From: Octopus sinensis
Lineage: Eukaryota
Direction of reading: 5' to 3'
Length of the DNA: 36,041 bases
Assembly (NCBI RefSeq): GCF_006345805.1
Contig: NW_021828040.1
Location: 1 to 36,041 of the forward strand
How positions within the stretch are numbered: the stretch's first letter is position 1; each line of letters starts with the position of its first letter. Below the pieces are notes generated by a model. The model did no database searches, was not told the origin of the DNA, and saw only the letters and a list, made by a program, of their open reading frames with translations. This document shows positions 1-11,733 of the stretch, piece after piece. Both the position numbers and the translations under genes were made by a program.

Positions 1-9
1 CAAAAAAAG

Positions 10-148
10 AGTCCGATAGAATAAGTCGCAGGGCTTTAGGAAAAATACGTACTAGGGCTGATTTGTTCAACTGAACCCTTCAAGGTGGAGCCCCAGTATG
101 GCGCAGTCCAATGACTGAAACTGATCAAAGAATATAAAAAATAAAAGA
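10..148 (+). mobile_element. SINE family A, diverged 3' half
   Basis: gatagaataagt...aaggtggagccccagtatggcgcagtccaatgactgaaac matches the 3' halves at 2826-3032 and 3906-4112. Confidence 0.7.
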
Positions 149-151
149 AAG

Positions 152-254
152 ATCCACTGCGTGGCACCTTGGGCAAGTGTCTTCTACTATAGCGTCAGGC
201 TGACCAAGCCTTGTGAGTGGATTTGGTAGACGGAAACTGAAAGAAGCCCGTCGT
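152..254 (+). mobile_element. SINE family A core (CORE-like, OR2-type), 5'-truncated, running into (TA)n
   Basis: ccactgcgtggcaccttgggcaagtgtcttctactatagc...gacggaaactgaaagaagcccgtcg. The accttgggcaagt segment resembles the CORE-SINE domain. Homologous to 2529-2630. Confidence 0.8.
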
Positions 255-377
255 ATATATATATATATATTATAATATATATATATATATATATAGTATA
301 CATGTGCGTGTGTGTGTTTGTGTGTCCTCGTTTGTGTGTATATATATGTATATTGTATTATATGTATATATTATATA

Positions 378-408
<31 letters not shown>

Positions 409-717
409 ACATACATACACACATGCATATACACCCACATACACATGCACATATATATATATATATATATAAATATATATATATACATATAACACGTAAA
501 TGTCGAACGATGACGTGAGTGCTCAACAGCGCATTGGTGGATATTAATTTCTTTATTTGTGAATTAAGGCTACCATTGGTTTGATGTTAAGAAAAGTAGG
601 CAAATATCCTTGTGTCTTAACAACTTTTCAAGCCGATGACATGGAAAAAAGGTTTATGCCAACATTTTGGAAAACAGCATACTAATAAGTAATTAATGTT
701 ATATACACATGAATATA

Positions 718-781
<64 letters not shown>

Positions 782-850
782 TATATATATGTATACATAC
801 ATACATAGATACATACATATATATATGTGTGTGTGTATGCGTGTGTCTGT
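255..850. repeat. Compound (TA)n/(TG)n/(CA)n microsatellites with a short unique spacer (~500-700)
   Basis: Directly visible; source of the YI/CV-rich spurious ORFs. Confidence 0.9.
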
Positions 851-2279
851 ATGTAAGTATATATAAGAGAAAGACCGGGATTAAAGAAATCCTGGTAGAT
901 ATCAAGTAAGCACTCTGATTAAAGAAATAAGGTTAAATTTCCAACCAGTAAATGTCTGTAGAATAACAACCCCAGGTAAAATCAAACATGCATGACAGGT
1001 AAATCCATCAATCCTTTTGTAGAATTTTAAGAAATGCGGAGTATGTATGTAGAGGGTGATTGAAAAGTCGCCGTACATCGGAACAATTTATAATTTTTTT
1101 TTTAAATCAGAAACAGTTTATAAAAACTGATGCAACTGAATGAGAACATCAATTAAGAAATCAGAGAAATCGGGTGTGAAACTCTTGAGGCTGTTATAAT
1201 GCAAGTTTTGGTAAAAGTACGGGCGTGCGAAGCCGAAAATGGCTGCCATTTAAACGCTTTCAATTTTCATATCTGAGATAGTAATGTGATAAAATTTCCA
1301 TTTATATCCTTTATATTGTATCAAAATCTTATGACTTTATCTGTAAAGTTAAAGAAGTTATTAAAAATTATGGTTAAACGTGTGCTGAAGTACCATTGTT
1401 GTCCACGAAGTATATCGAAATTGCGTCAAGGTACTCCGAATTCTACCTTGAAATTTACATTTAATAAGTATATAATACATTGAAAATAACTGCTTTTCCC
1501 GATGGGACATAAAGCTATGAATATAATAACGCTTAAATATTGTTCTTAAAATCTCCTTCCGATGTAAAAACTCGAAGGCCATTCAGACGACTCAAAACCA
1601 TATTTTCTGTCGGCAAGACAGACTATATAAAAAGAATATGAGTTCAAGTCTAACTCGTAGCCTTAGGCTCTTTCCATCCAAAGTGTTTTTTAACCAATAC
1701 GTAGACTCTATTATTCCTAGTTTTATGTCGATTTCTCTTCATCAAGTTCCAATGTTAAAAGCGTTTTATTTCACGTCTTGTGAAATTTCTAAATACTTCC
1801 AACGTAAACAATATCGGAAAACAAATGTTTTACTGTATATGCAGTTTTGTGCGTTGGTTATTCTACATATATATTTAGTCAATAATGCTGTTATCGATAA
1901 ATACGTACCACGTGATATACTTATGAGAAGCTGCAATAATATGCATCCAGTGTTTTGCCTATATCTTATAAATACACTTATAACTGCTAGGTGTGGCTGC
2001 AAGTGATATGTCTTTGCTATGAATTATATTCGCGGTAAAATATTGTTTTAATGTATATACAAAGCGGTTTTTGGTCTTACTATGCAAAACCATTTTAAGG
2101 AACAGGCATGTTAAGTCAGACTGTTTGTTTGTTTATATACATACCGGTCCTATGTCCATATTTAGAGAAACATGAAGGGAAGTCGGAGCATCTTTTAAGG
2201 ATCTGTGAAGGAATCGATTTTGGTATATCATTTGTTTAATGCCATGTGTGTATGCATATGTATATGTATGTGCATATAA

Positions 2280-2333
<54 letters not shown>

Positions 2334-2472
2334 TTATATATTGTGATTTTTGCTACTAAGGTATCGGTTAAACCTTTTGATTAATCCACTACAAGATTAT
2401 TCATCTTTCTATTTCACATTATATATATATATATTATATATATATATATTTATATATATACATACATAGCGC

Positions 2473-2764
2473 GGGCGTGGCGTGGTGGTAAGTACTTGTT
2501 TCCCAACTACATGGTTTAGGATTCAGTCCCACTGCGTGACAACTTGGGCTTGTGTCATCTACTATAGCTTCAGGCCGACCAAACCCTTCGGAGTGGAAAT
2601 GATAGACGGAAACTGATAGAAAACCGTCGTTTATACATATATATATATTTTATTTATTTATTTATTATATATACATACATAATATATAATATATATATAT
2701 ACATATATATATATACATATATATATATATAATATATATATATATTATGTATATATAATACATA

Positions 2765-2795
<31 letters not shown>

Positions 2796-3032
2796 GTGTG
2801 TGTATGTATGCATGTATATATTTATGTGTCTGTGTTAGTCACCCCGCCATCCCTTGACAACCGATGTTGGCGTGTTTATGGCCCCCATAACTTAGTGGTT
2901 CGGCAAAAAGTGACCGATAGAATAAGTACTGAGTTTACAAAGAATAAGTCCTGGTGTCGATTCGTTCGACTAAAGGCGTTGCTCCAGCATATCCGCAGTC
3001 AAATGGCTGAAACAAGTAAAAGAAAAAAAAGA
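2473..3032 (+). mobile_element. Full-length SINE family A: tRNA-like head + CORE-like domain + internal (TA)n/(TG)n + 3' half
   Basis: Head ggcgtggcgtggtggtaag (A-box-like) and ggattcagtccc (B-box-like); core to 2630; microsatellite ~2631-2825; 3' half ending cagtcaaatggctgaaacaagtaaaaga. Confidence 0.85.
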
Positions 3033-3060
3033 ATATGTTATGTGTGTGTAGATGTGTGGT

Positions 3061-3280
3061 GGTGCCTGGCTTAGTGGTTAGGGTGTTGCACTCATGATCT
3101 TAAGACCGTGGTTTCGATTCCTGGACTGAGTGACCCGTTGTATTCTTGAGCAAAATACTTCGTTTCACGTTGTCCCAGTTCATTGAGATGGCAAATAGGA
3201 GTAATCCTGCGACGGACCGTAGTTCCGTCCGGAATTAAATATATACACCACAGAATTCGGCTGATGGCTCAAGAAGGAGC
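3061..3280 (+). mobile_element. tRNA-derived SINE family C
   Basis: A-box-like tggcttagtggttagg and B-box-like ggtttcgattcc, then ttgtattcttgagcaaaatactt...cagttcattgagatggcaaa, shared with 19658-19955. Confidence 0.7.
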
Positions 3281-3526
3281 TTTGATTCTTTACATCACAC
3301 ACGTGTGGGGAACGTGAAATAAGCGTGGTATAGATGAGAGCTTAAAATCACACATCTGGTTATAGTAAAAGCAGTGCTGGACGAGAAACAGCTGTCAAGA
3401 AAAGGCTTTTACATAATTCTTGGTTTTTACTTTGTTCCTTTACTCCGTACTCTTTATGTGTTATTCCATATAAATATACGCATTAAGCTTACTTGTCCTT
3501 GTCTGCCTCTGCTTTCTTTCTGCTGT

Positions 3527-3546
3527 CATATATATATATATATATA

Positions 3547-3635
<89 letters not shown>
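3527..3635. repeat. (TA)n microsatellite
   Basis: Directly visible. Confidence 0.95.
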
Positions 3636-3639
<4 letters not shown>

Positions 3640-3823
3640 AGAGAGAGTGGCGAGAGAGGGTGGAAGAGAGGAACAGATATAAAGGGAGAGAGGGAGGGAG
3701 AGAAAAAGAGTGAAATAGATTGATAGAGAGATATAGATAGACAAATAAGATAAACAGATGTTTGTATAAATTGTTCCTGCAGTTGCTCTTAGTATAGGAG
3801 TTAACCACTATACTGGAAGCGAA

Positions 3824-3871
<48 letters not shown>

Positions 3872-3905
3872 GTATGTATGTATGTATGCATGTATGTATA
3901 TGTTT

Positions 3906-4112
3906 GTGTGTCTGTGTTTGTCCCTCCAACATCACTTGACAACCGATGCTGGTGTATTTACGTCCCCGTAACTTAGCGGTTCGGCAAGACAGACCGATGA
4001 ATAAGTACTAGGCTCACAAAGAATAAGTCCCGGGGTCAATTTTTTGACTAAAGGCGGTGTTCCAGCATGGCCGCAGTCAAATGACTGAAACAAGTAAAAG
4101 AATAAAAAAGAA
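3906..4112 (+). mobile_element. SINE family A 3' half, preceded by (CA)n(TA)n(TATG)n
   Basis: tgtgtctgtgtttgtccctccaacatcacttgacaaccgatgctgg...aaggcggtgttccagcatggccgcagtcaaatgactgaaacaagtaaaagaataaaa. Confidence 0.9.
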
Positions 4113-4725
4113 TATGAACTATGTACAACAGAGTAAACTATATTTATATCTAGCTGACGAGTTTCCATCACTGAGGATGATGAAAATGAGATTGAAATCA
4201 CGTGATCTAGTGGTCTCCGAGCTAGAATAGTTGGGTGTCCTCTTCCCGCTCGTAATATATATCGAGTACCAAGTGCACTGAAAAGCCAGCTGGAGGGAGC
4301 GTCTTCCTGGGTTAAAATACCAGCATCGTCTGTATTTCAAGAACACCCACGTTTAGGTGGCGATAAACATTATTATGGAAATATAATAGGATTATTTTTC
4401 AACCTCGAATGTCTCTAAGGGCTCACTGGAGTAAAAGAAGGGTCATACATACAGAATGGTTGAGTGCCATTGGTCTACATAGGATCTATCTCCCCTTGAG
4501 ATAGTTTCAGGGGCGCTTACGTGTAAAATGCGATTGAATGATGGTGACGTGTTGCTGCGCATCCGTCAATGATTGATGTAAGACTAAGGTAGATTGAGTG
4601 CAATGGTTCTGGATTATAGACGCATGTGATTTACATTCAGGAAGCAAATGTTTTAAAGAACTTCCTTTTACACGGCGGGTTAAATACCTATAATACATAA
4701 ACACATATACATTTATGCATACATG

Positions 4726-5240
<515 letters not shown>

Positions 5241-5592
5241 GAATGATAGTTATGTAGGTAGATGAGAGACATGAGTTGACTGATAGAGGAGAGAGGGTTA
5301 TATATTTGCAGGGAAAAGTGTAACAAGTTGAAAATACAGAACAGAACGAAAGAGGTTTGAGGTGAGTAGAGTGATGTGAGGCGGGTTAAATGTGGGAGAG
5401 GAAAGTGAGTCTCTGAGGAAAGCAAGCAGCACACGCGAGTGAAGAAGAGATCGCCAGTTTAAAGAGGGTCTGAAAGAGGAACTCTATGCAAAAGTAACTT
5501 ATAGGGGCTGAAGTAGACTCGGAGTAACTGGAATGGCATCATGGTTAGAAGCATCGGAAAACGGTCATGAAGAACTAACAAAATGTAAGTGA

Positions 5593-5594
<2 letters not shown>

Positions 5595-5627
<33 letters not shown>

Positions 5628-5729
5628 TAAACAAACGAGCAAACAAACACACACGCACATTCATATATTTACATAATATTCTTACATATGTATATGAATA
5701 TATGCCTAAATATGCACACACCCACACAC

Positions 5730-5785
<56 letters not shown>

Positions 5786-5945
5786 TATATATAGCATACA
5801 TATATATACATATATACACACATATATATATATGTATGTGTATAGATATATATGCACATATATATATATACACACATATATATATGTGTTTATGTATATA
5901 TATATATACATAAACACACATATACACATGGATGTATCTATATGC
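5595..5945. repeat. (CA)n/(TA)n microsatellite block
   Basis: Directly visible. Confidence 0.9.
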
Positions 5946-6014
5946 ATGTATGTTTGGACGTGTGTGTTTACGGTTAGCGTCTAAAAGCCAGCGTTTTTTA
6001 TTTTTTTATGCTAT

Positions 6015-6178
6015 CGTCATCTTCATCATCATCATCAAGAACAACAAGAGCAACAATAGCAAAAAAAAGAAAAAAAAAACAAAATAAAAACCACCAAAAC
6101 AACTTCTGTAGCAATAACAATAAAAATATGCAATATGAGGAACAAGAACTGCAGCAACAATATTATGAACACCACCAT

Positions 6179-6237
<59 letters not shown>

Positions 6238-7243
6238 ACAACAACAACAACATGGAAAACTGAAACAAAAACAAGAAGACAAACATCAAAGACTTTTGCT
6301 AGTTGCAAGAACAACAACAACCACAACAACCGTTTCACCAATGCCACCAGCAAAATTCCACGACAGCAACAGCAACAACAACAAGAAGAGGAATACATAA
6401 GCAACAACAACAAGAACAACAACGAGCGTGGTGTGAAGAGCAACAGCAGAATATGGAGAGAGAGAAAAAAATAGAACAACAAAGAAAACAGGGACCTGAA
6501 CAACAACGTCACCAACAGCGATATCAACAACAACAACAACAACAACAGTGATAGCTGCAAGAACATGTAAACAACCGAAATGATCGGTAAGATCAAAGGC
6601 ACCGTTTTAATGTATCACCACCACCACCATCAAGACCCACCACCACAACCACTACCATCACCATCACCATCACCACCAACAACATCCCCACCACCACCGC
6701 CACCATCACCACCACCAGCACCAAGATCACCACCAAGACCACCACCATCACCACCACCATCACCACCACCACCACCACCACTACCATCACCATCACCACC
6801 ACCACCAACATCACCACCACCACCACCACCACCAAGACCCTCACTGTCACCAGCATCACCACCACTGTTGCACTCACGACTGCTATCGTCTTCATCATCA
6901 CCACCACCATCATCATCATCATCATCAATATCATCATCGTCGTCGTCATCATCATCATCATCGTTTCTCTCTTTTTGTTGTTAATATTGTCCTTGCCAGC
7001 AACAACAACATCAAGGGATAAATAAACAAGAAAACAACAAAATTGGAGAGAAAAAAGGGAAAAGGGAAATGTTAACAACAGCTACAACAACAACGACAAC
7101 GAATATCTTAAGATAACATCATCAACCAGAGAAATAACATGAGTGAAAATATCATCATCATCATCGTCGTCGTCATCATCATCATCGTCGTCGTCGTCGT
7201 CATCATCATCATCATCATCATCATCCTCATCATCATAATCATC

Positions 7244-7274
<31 letters not shown>

Positions 7275-7700
7275 CCACCATGATCATGATCATCATGATC
7301 ATCATCATGATGATCATCATCATCATCGTCGTCATCATCATCATCATCGTCGTCGTCGTCGTCATCATCATCATCGTCGTCGTCGTCGTCATCATCATCA
7401 TCATCATCATCATCCTCATCATCATAATCATCATCATCATCATCACCATCACCATCATCATCACCACCATGATCATGATCATCATGATCATCATCATGAT
7501 CATCATCATCATGATTATCGTCATCATCATCATCGTCATCATGATCAACGTCAACTGCCAAACCCAATTTATCAGCAGCAAGAACAACAAGTACACCACC
7601 ACCATCATCATCATCATCAACAACAACAACAACAACAACAATAATAACAACAACAACAACAGTAGCAACAACAACACTAATAACAAGAAAGGAATTGTTT
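6015..7700. repeat. Long trinucleotide low-complexity block: (CAT)n, (CAA)n, (CCA)n, (CGT)n
   Basis: Poly-H/Q/P/D/I ORFs appear in several frames on both strands, as expected for triplet repeats rather than a real CDS. Confidence 0.9.
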
Positions 7701-7985
7701 AATAACAAGGAGACAAAAAAAGGTAAAAAGAAACCACAAAACAAACCTACATGAAATGATAGTACAAGCTTCTGTAATTTCACAGCGAATCAATGATTTG
7801 GTCTGGAAGGTCCCTTTCACCTATTAACCCAGAAAAGAAATTGGAGTTCCTTAGATAAGCCGGTTTGGGGAAAAGAGGTGTGATGTAGGGACATTCATGC
7901 AGCGCTCATATCGATCCCGAAGACAGAAACTTCGTACATGAAGTCTACCACGATAATGTGTAGGTAGGATTATCGGCTTGGAGGG

Positions 7986-9040
7986 AAGGCGGTGAGCTGG
8001 CAGAACCGTTAGCACGCCGGGCGAAATGCGTAGCCGTATTTCGTCTGCCGTTAATTTCTGAGTTCAAATTCTGCCGAGGTCGACTTTGCCTTTCATCCTT
8101 TCGGGGTCGATTAAATAAGTACGCACTGGTGGTCAATATAATCGACTTAATCCGTTTGTCTCTCCTTGTTTGTCCTCTCTATGTTTATCCCCTTGTGGGT
8201 AGTATAGAAATAGGTTATTTTGTCTGCCGTTACATTCTGAGATCAAATTCCGCCGAGGCCGACTTTGCCTTTCATCCTTTCGGGGTCGATAACATAAAGA
8301 CCAGTTGAACACTTGGTTCAATGTGATCGGCTTATCTCCTTCCACCAAAATTACTGGCCTTGTGCCAAAGTTCGAAAAAAGTTGTCGAGCTGACAGAATC
8401 GTTAGCACGCCGGACGAAATGCTTAGCGGTATTTCGTCTGCCGCTACATTCGGAGTTCAAATTCCGCCGTGGTCGGCTTTGCCATTCATCGTTTCGGAGT
8501 TGATAAGTTAAGTACCAGTTGAGTACTGGGGTCGTTGTTAACAGCTATGTGTCTCCCCACAAATTTCAGGCCGTGTGCCTTTAGTAGGAATAATATTGTA
8601 TAGTCAATATTATCAGTTTGGAGGAAAGTAGGCAAGATGGCGGAATTGCTAGCACGCTGGACAAAACGCTAAGCAACGCTTTTCATGTTCTGAGTTCAAA
8701 TGCAACCAAGGTCAATGAAATAAGTACCAGTTATGGCCAATGAAATAAGTACCAGTTATGTACTGGGGGTCGATGTAATTGACTTATCTTCTCCTTCGAA
8801 ATTGATGGCCCTGTGCCAAACTTTGAAACTGACAGTATTGGCTTGAGAAACCGAGCGAGCTGGCAGAATTATTAGCACGCCGAGAGAATGGTTGTGTCTG
8901 TCTCTATGTTTTGAGTTCAAATTTCGCCGAGGTCAACTTTGGCTTTCATCCCTTCGGAATCAATGAAAGGAGTACCAGTTAAGCACCAGGATCTTCCGAA
9001 ATTCCTGGCTTTTTGCCAAAATTTGGAACCATTATTATCA
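7986..9040 (+). mobile_element. Five head-to-tail copies of tRNA-derived SINE family B (~7986-8214, 8215-8375, 8383-8597, 8626-8838, 8851-9040)
   Basis: Recurring head gagctggcagaa(t/c)cgttagcacgcc (A-box-like), B-box-like gagttcaaattcc, core gactttgcctttcatcctttcggggtcgat...aagtaccagtt, tails ...gtgccaaa...attatt. Confidence 0.9.
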
Positions 9041-9097
9041 GCTTGGATAAAGTGTAATATTTAAACAGCTGAGATCGTCGCAATCAACTCCTGTCAA

Positions 9098-9158
9098 TGT
9101 GATCTGATCCATAAAAGTATCCGGACTGCTCCCATGGTAACGAAGCTAAAGAACGCAG
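9098..9158 (+). mobile_element. Probable mariner-type 5' TIR remnant
   Basis: tgtgatctgatccataaaagtatccggactg resembles mariner ends of the tacgagg..tcaa.aagtatccggac type (recall). No partner TIR found. Confidence 0.4.
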
Positions 9159-9264
9159 CGTCTGATGGCTTTTAACTATTCATCGCTTTTGAAATTTGAA
9201 CAAATTTCAACTCTGTTTAGACTTAATGGGGAATGGGGGCAAAATAGAAAGAACTAACGAATTT

Positions 9265-9660
9265 ATCTGACAACCCAACAGATTACGAGAAAGCAGATGG
9301 TCAGATCATGTGGCCAACAGAAAAAATATGAACGATTGTTAATGTAATAGGGATTTATAACAGGCCTAGTTGCTATTTCTCCATGTTGAGAGATCAAATG
9401 TCCACTACTTCGGACGTGTAGTGAGGATGCTGCAGAAAAGAATCGCCAGATGCATTCTTGAAGCGGAGCCAAGTGGCAGGAGACCTAGGGGGAGGACTAA
9501 GAGTGAGATGGGGGGATAGTAATCCACAGTCTCAGTTGGTCCGGTGTCTAGCCGGAAAGTTCAATGCTGTTTGCTTCTGGTAGAACCCTAGGTTAGAGGT
9601 AACTGAGGACTCTACTCCCTCACGATCCCCTTCTAAGGAGAGTGAGTGACGAAAATGAAC
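9265..9660 (+). mobile_element. Decayed RTE-clade LINE 3' fragment (Rex3/Expander-like C-terminus)
   Basis: Frame from 9406 reads YFGRVVRMLQKRIARCILEAEPSGRRPRGRTK, matching the RTE C-terminal motif W/YFGHV.RM...R......P.G.R.RGRP. Upstream RWSDHVAN matches W.D.V.N. Confidence 0.7.
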
Positions 9661-9839
9661 GCTTGTATAAAATTGTCCTAATTGGGCTTTATTCGAGACG
9701 TACCGAGTTGGATGGCAAGTGACAGAAATGGAGGGGAAAAAACTGCGGAAACACGAGTAAGACGTTCGAGGAAAAAGACTATGAAAATGATGGGATGACT
9801 TATGAGTGATGGCGTGAGATTCACTTGATTGGCGTAGAC

Positions 9840-9931
<92 letters not shown>

Positions 9932-10030
9932 CATCTATCTATCTATCTGCCTTTCTATCTATGAGTCTGCGTGTCTGTATGTCTTTTCGCCTATCTATCT
10001 AGCTGTGTATCTATTTGTCTGTCTGTCTGA
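9840..10030. repeat. (TATC)n microsatellite
   Basis: Directly visible. Confidence 0.95.
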
Positions 10031-10233
10031 CTGTGGAGAGCGACAGGCAGTGGCCTATATTTGATGTGGTATGCAATAACAGAGAGATTGGAGGATCGGT
10101 CCGTGAAATGATACCGACGAGTGTGTGGCTAATTGATTAGTTCGACAGTATCCTGTTATTCTATTCACGTATACTCACACGCCTACATACATACATACAT
10201 ACATACATACATACATAGATACATAATATATGT

Positions 10234-10274
<41 letters not shown>

Positions 10275-10314
10275 CATACTAGATTCCCTCCTTTTTTTAT
10301 TATTTTGATGCTTT

Positions 10315-10345
<31 letters not shown>

Positions 10346-10630
10346 TATATATACACTCACATCTATATATGTGTACTTATTTAAATACAGACACACATAC
10401 ACGTCTTTAAACATACATCCTGTTGTCAGACATTAGAAATGAACGTTGATGGTCATATACATTTTGTAGTTGTGCTTATAGTAAACAAACACACACATGC
10501 GCGCGCGCGCACACACACACATACACTCACTCAGACACAGACCCTCGTATACACACACGTATAAATACACACATGCACGTACATATACACACAAGAATAC
10601 AAAATCTTAATCCTGTATGAAGCGATATTT

Positions 10631-10724
<94 letters not shown>

Positions 10725-10959
10725 CTCTCTCTCTCTCTCGTGTGTGTGTCTGTATGTATGCAAGTATATGTATATATATGATGCAAAGAGCATTTGCGGG
10801 CCCTTAATTCCTGGTATGTTAGTTTCTTCAAACAAATTAAAACTTTTTTTCTGTTCAGATTCCACCATGACAGTACAAGAAATGAAAAGATATGCAAACT
10901 GAGAAATTACCAGTTTTCTCATTATTGCAAAATCTTTTCTACACAAATTTCGGATGGAA

Positions 10960-11450
10960 CGGGAAGCTCCTGGCGGGAATGATTCCACTGTATCAAAGAG
11001 CTAAAAATTAAACGAACGGGTATTATAAGGATATGGTTTCAAACCATCGCTGATACTGGAAAATCAATGATGGCCATTGTCGAAGTACTTAAGGTGTGGA
11101 AGTGGATTATCAGAACTGTAGGACAGGAGGATGTTCGACTCAAGTCGTGCATATTGAGAAGTCAGTTCATGTCTGCGAGGACAAAGAAAAACACTCTGAT
11201 CCATGCCAAGCGATTACTTCAAAGTTAAAAACACTCGCGAACATGACATGACATACATGGTTCTTCTATGGTAAGAAAATCATCAGCCAAGACCAAACGT
11301 CTAACCGGAGAAATGACAGAAGATTATGTGTAGATCCTTCTGGTCAATTTAGAATGATGCATACTAAATTTCCAACAGCTGTGTGGAGTTTAGAAGCAAA
11401 GAGTAACGATGCCATTTCATAATTTTTCCACGGGGTTTCAGGATTTTTTA
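10960..11450 (+). pseudogene. Decayed Tc1/mariner transposase, maT (DD37D)-like
   Basis: Frame from 11052: DTGKSMMAIVEVLKVWKWIIRTVGQEDVRLKSCILRSQFMSARTKKNTLIHAKRLLQS*. Frame from 11258: WFFYGKKIISQDQTSNRRNDRRLCVDPSGQFRMMHTKFPTAVW, matching WFFSDEKNF.QDQ..N..N.RWL......MHTKFP. Stops and frameshifts present; no TIR seen. The third catalytic residue is absent, so the subfamily is inferred. Confidence 0.75.
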
Positions 11451-11585
11451 ATTAACCAGAGCATATATTATTATAAAAAACGAATTTTAGACTCAAGAAC
11501 AATTAAGGAAATTTTAAAATGCATGGCACATACATAGTTGGTGCTTCCAAAGCAAATTCAAGTGGTTCACCTTTAGTACTGTCTT

Positions 11586-11701
<116 letters not shown>

Positions 11702-11733
11702 TATATATATAATGATACAATCTACAAATAGTA

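Noticed and set aside
1046-1260. Possible mariner/MITE end (gagggtgattgaaaagt...aaaatggctgcc)
   Set aside because: Only a vague resemblance; no matching TIR, TA-TSD pair or transposase found.
1638-2006. 122-aa ORF in AT-rich unique sequence
   Set aside because: No recognisable motif, no splice support, and overlapped by an antisense ORF; consistent with chance.
2473-3130. tRNA genes
   Set aside because: The tRNA-like heads continue into SINE bodies and I could not fold a full cloverleaf; annotated as SINEs.
4153-4190. ctgacga...gaaa as a hammerhead
   Set aside because: The GAAA is paired into the hairpin (tttc/gaaa), and no stem I or III can be formed.
6006-7783. Long ORFs with poly-H/Q/P/D/I/M tracts
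   Set aside because: Open in several frames on both strands because triplet repeats lack stop codons; no non-repetitive domain and no splice context.
7986-9040. CRISPR-like repeat-spacer array
   Set aside because: Eukaryotic context; the units are ~200-bp diverged SINEs, not short identical repeats with unique spacers, and no cas genes are present.
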